Shown here one piece after another: positions 1-13,040 of a stretch of DNA of 64,000 nt (position 1 is its first letter; each line of letters opens with the position of its first letter). The stretch lies in NCBI RefSeq assembly GCF_009914755.1, contig NC_060925.1; one strand, given 5' to 3'. The position numbers and the translations under genes are program-made. The notes below the pieces were generated by a model. It made no database searches. It had not been told where the DNA came from and saw only the letters and a program-made list of their open reading frames with translations. The DNA is from the human T2T-CHM13v2.0 reference genome, Homo sapiens.

Positions 1-273
1 GTCTCACTCTTTCGCCCAGACCAGACTGCAGTGGCTTGATCTCGGCTCACTGCAAGCTCCGCCTCCTGGGTTCACGCCATTCTCCTGCCTCAGCCTCCTG
101 AGTAGCTGGGACTACAGGCACCCGCCACCACACCCGGCTAATTTTTTGTATTTTTAGTAGAGACGGGGTTTCACCATGTTAGCCAAGATGGTCTCGATCT
201 CCTGACCTCGTGATCCGCCCACCTCAGCCTCCCAAAGTGCTGGGATTACAGGCATGAGCCACCGCGCCCAGCC
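1..273 (-). mobile_element. Alu (AluY-like), cut by the window edge
   Basis: Alu consensus match with tgcaagctcc / ttcacgccatt AluY-type positions. Confidence 0.93.
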
Positions 274-299
274 TCTAATTCTTTTATTTTTCTTTACTT

Positions 300-520
300 T
301 TTCTGATTGTATTGAGATAATCAAATGATTTTTCTCCTTAAGGGAGTATGGTAAATTGTATTAATAGGTTTCTAATGTGAAACCAGCCTTACATTATTGG
401 AAGAAAACACAATCTGGTCATGTTGCTTTTAAATTATTTGCTGGATTCAGGTTGCTAATATTTTATTTAGGATTTTAAAAACTCATGTTTACTAGTGATA
501 TTGACTAGTAACTGCCTTTC
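300..520 (-). mobile_element. Old L1M ORF2 fragment
   Basis: Degenerate match to antisense L1 ORF2 (gctggattcaggttgctaatattttatttaggatttt). Confidence 0.55.
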
Positions 521-521
521 C

Positions 522-1736
522 TTTTTTTTTTTTTATTTCCATAGGTTTTTGGGGAACAGGTGGTATTTGGTTACATGAGTAAGTTCTTTAGCGGTGATTT
601 GCGAGATTTTGATGCACCCATCACCCGAGCAATATACACTGAACCGAATTTGTGGTCTTTTATCCCTCACCTCCCTCCACCCTGTCCCCCAGGTCCCCAA
701 AGTCCATTGTATTATTCTTATGCCTTTGCACCCTCATAGCTTAGCTCTCACTTATGAGTGAGAACACACAATGTTTGGTTTTCCATTCCTCAGTTACTTC
801 ACTTAGAACAACAGTCTCCAGTTGCATCCAGGTTGCTGCAAATGCCATTAATTCATTCCTTTCTATGGCTGAGTAATATTCCATCATGTATATATACCAC
901 AATTTCTTTATCCACTCATTGACTGATGGGCATTTGGGCTGGTTCCATATTTTTGCAATTGTGAACTCTGCTGGTACAAACATGCGAGTGCAAGCCACAT
1001 GCAGGAGAATAACTGGATCCTCACCTCTCACCTTATACAAAAATCAACTCAAGATGGATTAAGGACTTAAATCTAAGACCTGAAACTATAAAAATGCTAC
1101 AAAAAAAAAATTGGAAAAACCCTTCTAGACACTGGCTTAGGCAAAGACTTCATGACCAAGAACCCAAAAGCAAATGCAACAAAAACAAAGATAAATAGAT
1201 GGGACTTAATTAAATTAAAGAGTTTTGGCATGGCAAAAGGAACAGTCAGCAGAGTAAACAGACAACCCACAGAATGGGAGAAAATCTTCACAATCTATAC
1301 ATCCAACAAAGGACTAATATCCAGAATCTACAAGAAACTCAAACAAATTAGCAAGAAAAAAACAATCTCACCAAAAAGTGGGCTAAGGATACGAATAGAC
1401 AATTCTCAAAAGAAGATATAAATGGCCAGCAAACATATGAAAAAATGCACAACCTCACTAATGATCAGGGAAACAAAAATCAAAATCACAATGCAATACC
1501 ACCTTTCTCCCGCAAGAATGGCCATAACCAAAAAAATTTAAAAAAAATAGAAGTTGGCATGGATGCTGTGAAAAGGGAACACTTCTACACTGCTGGTGGG
1601 AATGTAAACCAGTACAACCACTATGGAAAACAGTGTGGAGATTCCTTAAAGAACTAAAGTAGAACTACCATCCAGCAATCCCACTACTCGGTATCTACCC
1701 AGAGGAAAAGAAGTCATTATATGAGAAAGACACTTG
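522..1736 (-). mobile_element. L1 (L1PB-like) with 5' inversion: 3' end on minus (522-994), upstream ORF2 piece on plus (993-1736)
   Basis: PolyT plus L1 3'UTR/ORF2 end; ORFs 741..1040(-) and 1152..1421(+) are both ORF2p-like; the two pieces are contiguous in L1 coordinates. Confidence 0.9.
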
Positions 1737-1821
1737 AGGTTTCTGATTCTAAAGTAAAACCTCCATCCCACAAAAAGCTTAATAAAGGATAATAACAAAA
1801 CCTTGCTTTGCCAGCACTTTT

Positions 1822-1890
1822 GTTTAAATTTTTGTTTTTAAGTTCCAGGATACATGCGCAGGATGTGCAGATTTGTTACATAGGTAAACA
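1822..1890 (-). mobile_element. Severely 5'-truncated L1PA 3' end (69 bp) with TSD
   Basis: tacatgcgcaggatgtgcagatttgttacataggtaaac flanked by cagcactttt at 1812-21 and 1891-1900. Confidence 0.85.
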
Positions 1891-2428
1891 CAGCACTTTT
1901 TTTTTAATCTGACAAATCACAAATCACCACACAGCTCCCATCAATGCCTCTTAAAAACAAATATTTTCCACTGTCTTAGGGAAGTCCCAATTTCTTTAAA
2001 ATTCATCATACAAATTATTTCCTCAAGTTTTCACTCAATGAAAATTCCTGAGTATAACACAAGACTGACATTAGTTCTGTACTCAAACTCTCAGAAAATT
2101 AGTGCTAGTTTTCTACAGACTCCCTGAAGGTCTTTTTAAAAATTTTTAGAAATTTGTATGTAGTAATGACTTGCCAATATAAATGTAATACAGAGACACT
2201 GTTTTTGTTCATCTTTGTATATCCACCTAGTATAGGGCATGGCACATACCAGACACTCAATATTTATTAACTAAAGAGTACGTAGGTCTGCTGCCTCTCA
2301 AATATTTGATAATCAGACTTTTGAATTCTAAATTTCAAGTGGAGAAATTTTCTCCATTGACCATCATTATAAAACTGTAGTGGTATATCTTTGGAAAATA
2401 TATGACCTCAAGATATAATAAAAAAATC

Positions 2429-2729
2429 TTTTTTTTTGTTTTTTTTTTTGAGACAGTCTTGCTCTATCATCCATGTTGGAGTGCAGTGACGGAATCTCGG
2501 CTATTGCAACCTCCGCCCCCTAGGTTCAAGCAGTTCTCATGTCTCAGCCTCCCGAGTAGCTGGGATTACAGTTGTGCACCACCAGGACCGGCTAATTTTT
2601 TGTATTTTTAGTAAAGACAGGGTTTCACCATGTTGGCCAGGCTGGTCTTGATCCCCTGGCATCAAATGATCCACTTGCCTCGGCCTCCCAAAGTGCAAGG
2701 ATTATAGGCGTGAGCCACAGTGCCCAGCC
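2429..2729 (-). mobile_element. AluS
   Basis: Full dimeric Alu with polyT. Confidence 0.95.
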
Positions 2730-3049
2730 TAAAATAACATTTTAAAAAACAACAATCATTTTAGAATTTCATGAATATCAATTGATCAGAAAACATTAGT
2801 GAAAGTCCAGAGTTGTTTTAAACTTAGAAAATATTTTCTAATATATATAGTTTTCGGAATAATAATTAGGTCAATGAGCTAAAGATTTCCTTTTACAGTT
2901 TCATTACAAATTTAAAAAGCTTTTGTAGTAAAAACCCATGAATGTAATCACTATTTAATAGTTTATGTTTTCTAAAAATGTGTTTGGCATTCCATCTGTT
3001 AAGTTAGGACTCCAGAAGAACTTACCGCTATGTCCAAACTGGGTTGGAG

Positions 3050-3200
3050 GGGGACAAGCTGGGTTTAAATTGCGTTTCTTTCACTTGCTAGGTGACCTTG
3101 GGCAAGTCATACTAAACCTCACTTTGCCTATTACCACATCTCTAAGATGGACATAGAAATACCAAGTTTTGGGAATACTATTCTTGAAGTATAGTAATTA
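3050..3200 (+). mobile_element. MIR fragment
   Basis: Core gtgaccttgggcaagtcat. Confidence 0.6.
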
Positions 3201-3499
3201 GATTTGGGGGGGTTTTGTGTGGTTCCTTACACCTGACCCTGTCTCTGTTTTGGCCAGGGGCATCCATCTGCCTACGGGATATTCAGGTTTATGGAAACAG
3301 GAATACAAAGAGAAAGACTCAGTGTTCAATTATGACACCTATAAATCAATATTTTCAGTCAACAAGCAAAATTCTTGACAGCCAAGCTTTGTCAAGAGAA
3401 AATGTGCTTTCTAAATTCCTAAAACACTAATTTTTAAAATGAGGGCTGAAAACGGAATGAGAAGCTCACCTTGCTTCCATGAGCACAGCTGCAGGGTAG

Positions 3500-3849
<350 letters not shown>

Positions 3850-4379
3850 GCCATCAGGTAATTCAAATGTGCAGCCTGGATTTAGAACCGTAGCTCCACA
3901 GAGAAGCTTCTGGTTTGGTTCAAAACTACGATCCACACACAACAGGAGGGAAAACCCAGAAGTGGCCTCCTGGTCCCCTACAGCCCCATGCGTATGTTAT
4001 GCAGTGGATCCTGAGCTTTCCTGTGACCCAGTGGGGGTAATGCAGAGACTAAGACTCCCCAGAGTGGAGAGATGGCAAGAATAAAAGCTAAGGCTAGTCC
4101 AGGCACAAGACTAGATAAACCAACCACCTGGGGCAGAAGAGAATCAGGACCAGTCTGCAGTCTTGCTCCCATTGTCATGGAAGGACAAGGAGGGGAAAAT
4201 GCAAAGAATTGAGCATTTATCTGAAAAAAAGACAAGCTACCCAAGGACTTTAAACTACAAGAAACAGAAGCACCATTAAGGGGTAAGTTTGTCCAATCAT
4301 GTACATTCCTTACTTAACTGCTTCCCCAGATGGGCTGAGGTAAGAAAATGTAGTTCAATTATAAAATATTTAAAAGCCT

Positions 4380-4681
<302 letters not shown>

Positions 4682-7412
4682 TTAAAAAGCGATTGTTAAT
4701 TAAAATTATCCAAAACATGAAAAAAGAAAAAGATTAGGGAGCTGTGTGGCCTTCTCATATTACTTTAGAGCACTGTTTCACAGCTTCACCCAAGGATTAT
4801 TTAATTCCCTAGAAGAATGCCAATGCATTTGACTTTGTTACTTGCTGTTAGAGCACAGATAGTGTGAAACTACAACGTTAGCTTATAGATTTCTGTCCAG
4901 CAGAAAGGATAACTCTAAAAACTGTGGTTTTAGTGCATGCAGAACGTCACCAGTTTTGTCTCCAATCTAGCAATCTTATTCTAATGCCTAAAGATCAGTT
5001 CCTTCAGTACTCTGGACCTGCATTAACTCTGCCTGGTTTCCTCATTAATAAGTTAATACATCTCTGGCATTTCGTTTTGTATTTCTGTGAGAGTCAGGTT
5101 TTAACTTTTCAAAAAATTTACTTTGATAGTATTTTTCTTTGCATGACTGGTAGTGTATGTAAATCTACCACTCACTGACACTGATCTCAGTGGACATTTT
5201 ATAAGATAATTCGACTGCTTGGTGCAGTGCATGGCGCTTGGTAAATGCTCAGTAAATGTTACTGTTCGTGGGTGCTAGTGGCTAGAGGAGATTTTACCTG
5301 CATCTAACAGTAACCATGAACTCACCAATGGAGGTCCACAACCATAATCCAGGGCAACCCCGGGTAAGTGGATACACAGACTTCCTCAGTAGGGACTATT
5401 CCCATATATCATAAATATAGGGAGCCACTCTGCTCAAAATAATTCCCAAACTATCAACACAGACAGTACGACTCACTTGTATATATTTATCACGAGTGTG
5501 TGGGCCTGTGAGGAAAAAACTATCATAACTTAGCAAAATCAGAAAGTACACAGATCTAAAAGAAGCCATCTCCTTGGTGACCAAAAGTATGCTGCTCCAT
5601 ACTTAAAGGAATCTTCAAATGATGTTCAAATATATGATGACAGGAGAAACAGCAACACAGCAAAATAACTACATTAGCATATGAAGAGAGGAAATTGGAC
5701 TGGGGAAGACCTGAGAGTTTTCCAGCAAAAACTGGAGAAAAGGGAACTAAACCATCTACATTCCATAGTTCATCTTCTGTCACTAATAGTGATTATTATC
5801 CACTAAACTATCTAAACTTTTGGCCAATTTCTACTGTCGCTTGAAATTTTAAAAGCTTCTTTTTGGGCTGTGCATTTCAGTTACTGTTCTCATTTCACTA
5901 GACAAGAGAAGCCCTGAAAACCCTAGTAAAGCTATCAGGGAAGAGACATATGGTTAATTTCTTAAATTATGAACTCCTTAAGTATGACTTCTCTACAAAA
6001 AGTTTCTTCATCAATGAAGTGCACCTGTAAAAACCATTCCTTGTCTAACCTTGAAATTGGCCTGTAACTTCAAGGCTTAACTTTCGAGTGTGAGAGTTTC
6101 AGACACATCAACACACTTTCAAGGCCATAAACACTGGGTAATTTTTCATGCTCAAGTGTCTGGAGTTTCGTTTTCCTAATATCAATAAGCAATATCACAA
6201 CTAGCAAGGCAGAAGGAATAAAAGCACCTCAGCCTCTCACAATGAACTGAAAAACCCTATATTCTTTCCTTTTTTTTCCTTCACATCCCATTTCTTTTAC
6301 CTTGCCCAGCTGGTGGAAAAAAATCTAGCTTCCTTCTGAACTAAACACACATAATTAAATACACACAATCTTAATTTACCACACTGATGTCTTCATCATC
6401 AGCTACCCTAGCACCATTTCAAAGCAGCAGAAAGAAATATAATAATTTATAAGCCAGCTCCTGAGGTTATATATTTATTTTAAAACATGCCAGTTTCAAC
6501 AATATAAAATGCTTTCCCATGTTTAAAAAACAAGACTATTTGTTACCTTGTGATGGGACAATTAAACAAGCTTTTAAGCGTGATAAAAAAAAAATACATA
6601 GGTTAATAAAGTGGTCTTGATAAAAACAAAGCAAAGATTTGAAAACATTGGTATTTCCATAACCTACAGAATACTGATGACTAGATGGTCAAGACAAGCA
6701 TCAGTTACAAATTATGTATACAGCTTGCTAACAAATTAGGGAAACGTTCCCCTCTGGTTTCTTTCCCGACTACTTGTAAAATAATATTCGCATACAAATT
6801 TGCAATTCAAATTTGATGTCTTATGAGTGCATTTTGCAGATCATGCTCTGAGAAGGAAGAGAGTGAGCTAAGAGTTGCATGGAAAGTATAATTTGCTGCT
6901 GGCTTTTAGCCAGAAACACTAGACCAAATGTTTATGGAGACCACGAGGCACCTAAGCAAGCCCAGTGCATCTGGACTTCTCAATACTAGTTGTTGCTATT
7001 TATTTATATGTTAACCTCCAAATAAAAGGTCAAATAGAGTAATATCTACATTACACATTCATACATTTTAAAATATATTTATTTTACTTACACAGTACAG
7101 GAAAGGAAGTGATTTGCCGTCACTTTGAGAACACTTGCAATAGCAATGACAAGAAAAACCAGTAATTTAAGCAACACTAATAACCATATGTCTGGACCTA
7201 TGTTCAACTGTAATTTACACATTAAGTATAAGCTTTTATTTTCATACTTGAGAAAACATGCCAGGTATTCAGTATTTATAATCATAGTTAACTTGCAGAA
7301 TGAGGAAGCTAATTACAGTAGAAAGAAGAAAATATTAGCCTTGGGAAAATATGAATTTGACGATCACACAGGTAGGTAGTAAAGGAGCCATTTCTACCTC
7401 CCATGACCAATG

Positions 7413-8108
7413 CAATACACCAGCATCTTAGACTTACTATCCAACACACCAGCATCTTAGACTTACTATCCAATACACCAGCATCTTAGACTTACTATCC
7501 AACACACCAGCATCTTAGACTTACTATCCAACACACCAGCATCTTAGACTTACTATCCAACACACCAGTACCTTAGACTTACTATCCAACACACCAGTAC
7601 ATTAGACTTACTATCCAACACACCAGCATCTTAGACTTACTATCCAACACACAAGCATCTTAGACTTACTATCCAACACACCAGCATCTTAGACTTACTA
7701 TCCAACACACAAGCATCTTAGACTTACTATCCAACACACCAGCATCTTAGACTTACTATCCAACACACCAGCATCTTAGACTTACTATCCAACACACCAG
7801 CATCTTAGACTTACTATCCAAAACACCAGTGCCTTAGACTTACTATCCAACACACCAGTACCTTAGACTTACTATCCAACACACCAGCATCTTAGACTTA
7901 CTATCCAATACACCAGTACATTAGACTTACTATCCAACACACCAGCATCTTAGACTTACTATCCAACACACCAGCATCTTAGACTTACTATCCAACACAC
8001 CAGTACCTTAGACTTACTATCCAACACACCAGCATCTTAGACTTACTATCCAATACACCAGTACCTTAGACTTACTATCCAATACACCAGTATCTTAGAC
8101 TTACTATC
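7413..8108. repeat. Minisatellite, 24 x 29 bp (caacacaccagcatcttagacttactatc)
   Basis: 696 bp = 24 units; variants are confined to the first half of the unit; no spacers. Confidence 0.98.
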
Positions 8109-9269
8109 ACTGTCACGTATTAAAGCAGATATGATCACTATATGGATAAATATATTGCTAATAAAAATCCACTCCAACATACCAGTCACTCCAGCACAGC
8201 ACAATATAAATTTTGTAGGGATATGCTGCAGTAAACCATGTGACACAGTAAAAGGAATGACACATTACAAGCTTCCCTTAAACAGAAGACCATGAACACG
8301 TATTGCCAACCTATTACTTGAGAGCATTTGGGGGCAAAAGAGTCATGCTGAAATTGGAGTCTCTGCAAAAGGAACACAAAGGGCTGAGCAAACAACAGGA
8401 AGCTTAGGCAGGGAGCATGGCAGACACTGAAAAAACATAAGGAAAGGGTCAACATATAGCCATGTTCAAGAACATAATTTTAGTTAATGCTAAGTATTAA
8501 GACTGAAAACTGAAACATGGGTTGGGAAAAATTGCTGATGAAATCAAGGAAGATCACAAAGAATCATTCCAAACCACCATATTTGGTGGGTAAATGTATC
8601 TGTACTGTAAAAACACTGTACCATAAAAAACAACAACTAGATCATGTATGATGCTATTCCATACATGGTGGTAATTATGAGGCCAATTTGCATCTCCTCA
8701 CCGAGAAAGGATTGTGAATCCCCAAACTACATCATATCACCCCCTAAAGAATGTTATGGGTCCCTGACCTAGTGGATGATCTCTCCCTCTCTCCATGAGG
8801 CCCCAGCACTGACAGATATCTTCTGAACTGTATTTGGTCATGTAGTCTGAACAACAAATCATTCGCTTGCTACCTCATCTACATGTATTATGTACTTGGA
8901 TGTTTTGCTGGCACCCTAGAGATCTGGAGCTTTTAGAAGGCTACTTTACCATAGGTGTGGTAAGTGTGATCAATATATACCTTTAATTAAACTGTAACTT
9001 ATTTTAAGCCAGTATCAGAAGGCAAGTTAAAAAATTAGAGGACTGTAACTTCTAAGTAGTATAACACGCACATTAGCATTCACCCACGTGCTTCCACTTT
9101 TGCAGACATGGAGCAAAAGCAGCCCTCCTGCTAGTGAGACTACTCCAAGAAAACCCCTCCCCCGGCACAGTGGAAAAACCCACGACAGTCTCAGAAGAAG
9201 AGCGTCTATCCCAGGATTCAAGGTTAATTCCTTTGCTCTCACCTTCTCAGAAATATCACTTCATCATTA

Positions 9270-9780
9270 ATAACCCTTTTGCCCACTTATCTTTAAATCT
9301 TCATCTTTGCTGGCTCACACATTCAAATCTCTTCAAAACAAAAAAACAGAACCAAAAACTCCACACTCCTAATTAGTGCCCTATTCTTTTCTTCTATTCA
9401 CAGTCAGGTTTCTCAAAATGATCAAGCACTCATGACTCTAAGGTGCTCTAGCAAAGCTCACCAAAGGATTCCCTATTATTGAACTCAATGAACCTTTTCA
9501 GTCCTCACGTTAACTGACGTCTCTGCAGCACTTGAAGCTGTTGACCTCCAGGAAGTGCTTTTTCTCCCTTGGTTTCTATGATATCTTTCTCTCCAGGTTT
9601 TCCTCCCACTTTACTCCCTCTCAGTCGCCTTTGCTGGCTTCTCTTTTTCAGCTTGCCCCTTAAATGTTCCTGTTCCAAAGTGTTCCATCCATGCTGCTCC
9701 TATTTTCTTTTCTACCTACCCTCTCCCTACATTCCTTCCACCTCCACAGCATTAGCCATCATCTGTATACTCTAGAGAAT
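9270..9780 (-). mobile_element. L2 fragment
   Basis: Pyrimidine-rich degenerate L2 motifs (ttttcagtcctcacgttaactgacgtctctgcagcactt). Confidence 0.6.
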
Positions 9781-10175
9781 GTCTTCCTCATTTCTAAATA
9801 CCGGCGTCCCCAGCACATAGCACTCACTCAGTAAGGTCAGATGAAAGCCTGATGAATGATAGACAATTACAGAAGCAACCAGGGCCCACTATGTTGCAGA
9901 GTTAGCTTTAGCAAATTCTAATTTCTTGACCAGATTAAATCTATCTACAAATGGTCAGTCTTACTGAGGGCTGACTACCATTGCCTGTAAGTGTTCAGCT
10001 AAGTGTTCATTTAGTCAACAAATATGCAGTGCCTGCTATGTGTCAGCACAGTGCCTACTATGTGCCAGCTACATGATAGGCCAAAGAATTCGTGGAGAAA
10101 GCCCTGAAAATAGAAACAGACAACTCTTTCTGAGTCCATGTATACATCTGTGTGTGATCTGGGCAAACCAATTAA

Positions 10176-10478
<303 letters not shown>

Positions 10479-11105
10479 TAGCCTTTCTGCCTACAAATGT
10501 CTTCATATATAAGGTGAGAATAATATATCTATTTTACAGGGTTACTGTGGAGGTTACATGAGATAATACATAAATCTAATATGTTGCATATTACTTATGT
10601 CTGTTATTCACTGTGAATAATATGCAATAATAAATATTTTATGTACTCCTTTGTTAAAACAAGCTTATAAGACAAGTTAAGGCAGGAATTAGTATTCCCA
10701 CTCAGAATACTAATTCTATTAGTATTCTAATAGCAGCACCAGAACCTAAGCAATCTCCCCAAGCCCACTCACGCAGTCCCTAGGTGGTAACGTTCTTTAG
10801 TGTCAGAGACCAAACTGTGATTCTCTTTACTTAGTATCTCTTACAGATCCCACTGCTGCCCAGCAGCATAAAAGATCCTACCCAGAAAAGGGTCTACAGT
10901 TGAGAAGCCAAAGGTCCTAAGATAGTAGCCGAGGAGTTGATGAGCAAACAAAGTGTTTGTTTTCTTAATAAAGAAAAACAGTTTTCTGCTTGGACACAGT
11001 GTAATTCCAACTATAAGAGACAGCATAATGTTTTCAGTCAGGGAAAGGTCTCCAATTTCATAAGTTTTGATTTAACAAGAAGATTCTAATATTAAAAACT
11101 GTCAG

Positions 11106-11119
11106 GTTGCCACGGTAAC
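11106..11119. promoter_or_regulatory. Candidate RFX X-box GTTGCCACGGTAAC
   Basis: Exact fit to GTNRCC-N2-RGYAAC in non-repeat sequence; motif only. Confidence 0.4.
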
Positions 11120-12479
11120 AATCTATTTGCAATCAAGATGCTGGTGGTATTCTGTTATATTTCTCTCAAGGAAAAAGTAAACTAGATGTAGCCAAGGAAT
11201 TTAATAAAAGTATCTGTTGGACCAAAACCAAGATATGACTGTTTTTAGGCAATATGACAGGATTTAAATATACAGCAAGAGACCCTCAGGTTACAATACC
11301 AGTTCCATCAATAAAATTAAAAGATTTTGACCTTGACACCAGTACAAGCTATAGCCATATGATCTGGAAATCTGAATCCTCTGAGCAAGAAAAATAAATC
11401 GTTAAACAATTGAGATGACAGGCATGGGACAAGAAAGTCAAAATTCATCAGAAGGAGAACAAAATCAATCCCCAAGGGAGGTATGAATTATAAAGACTAA
11501 ATTTCTCACAGAAAATTCAAAGGTTTGATTTGGGTGTTTTGTTCTGCTGTTGTATGTATGCATGTATGCATGCGGAGGTAGGTTTTGCACTCCAGGACAT
11601 TCTTGGATGTTTTTAACTTGCTGCTTTCATCTAGAAAATGTTAGAAGGACATATTGAAAATGAACTGATTCTAGACAGGAGAGGAAGGAAGTGACTGTCA
11701 GGAATTAGGCCGCTCTGAGTCTGGACATGCAGACTATGCAGACAGAGAAACTTTCTCCACAACCACCGAAGCCTCAGTCACGCCCATGAAAATCACACGG
11801 ATTTTCTCTACAGTTAAGACTTTTCAAGTACTTGTTTCTACAACGATTCAAGAAATGGTAACATTTGCTCCCACAACTTTAGCCATGAACAACTCATTTC
11901 TCTTCAATGTGTTAATAACTTTACAGAACTGTATATGCATGCTGAATGTCTAGAATGACAACCAGAATAAAAACTGCAACTCCTTTGGCTTCGACATTAA
12001 ATTGGCTTCACAAGAAAATACCTACATTCATGACAGAAGAAACTGGCTCTTGCCTTAACCTATATAGTTAATGCAGATTTATATATAAATAACATTATAT
12101 ACTTTTTAGAACATATATTTTTATAAATGTATATTTATATACAAAATAACTAAATTATTTTCTGAAACAGCCTTGAACATTGTGTGTAATCTCATTTTCT
12201 GTAAGTCATTTTCCTTCTACTTTCTCTATAAAATTGGAGCACTGTCCTCTACCCCTCCGAAAAGACATTTGTTAAAATCACAGTGAAGGTTCAGCATACC
12301 TTAGAAAATCAGACATTTTAAATTCTATGAAGTTCAGACAAAATATTAATACAATATGATATTCCTATTTAAATAAACTCCTATTTAAGTGATTAATGAA
12401 TCATTTATATATTATTGTACTATACTTAGTACAGATAACATATTTTTGTTGAGATAGCATTCTTAAAGATCACAGAGAT

Positions 12480-13040
12480 TCTGAAAATGCTTCTAGGTTG
12501 AGGAACTTAGGTAGAGGAAGCTAACAATCGATGAATACAATAAAGGAAACTCATGAGTGATAGAGATTTGAGGAAAGTGCTAGATAATCATCCAGACTTT
12601 AAATAGTTTGGGCAATGATTCAGGGACATAAATGGCCAGCAGTTAGAAATGGAGTTGGAACTCAGGAGGGGGCTCTGACACAGAGACAAAAATTCACTCA
12701 TTCACAATTAAGTAATAGTTGAATCTATTTAGAAAAACAATGTGAAAAAGAAAGTAAGAAAGAGAAACAAGGACCATCTTTGAGAGATGCCAACATTTAA
12801 AGATCCATGGAGGTGAAACAAACAAGGTGACAGAGGTATCTTCAAAGTCATAAAAGAGGAGTTTCATTAAGGAAACAGTCAACAATATATGCCTCAGAGG
12901 AGTCAAACAGGACACAGAAAGAGAACAAAATACTGTATTCAACATTTAGGATGTAACTAGTTACGTGAGTGAATTCACTTCAGTACGGTAGTAGAGGCAG
13001 CAGCTAGCCTACAATGGGTTAATGAGTTAGCAGGGAAACA
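12480..13040 (+). mobile_element. L2 fragment
   Basis: Purine-rich degenerate L2-like sequence. Confidence 0.5.

Noticed and set aside
7413-8108. 29-bp repeat array superficially like CRISPR
   Set aside because: Head-to-tail units with no unique spacers, in a eukaryotic intron, no cas genes
10776-10792. CTCF-like tccctaggtggta
   Set aside because: Three mismatches to the core; too weak
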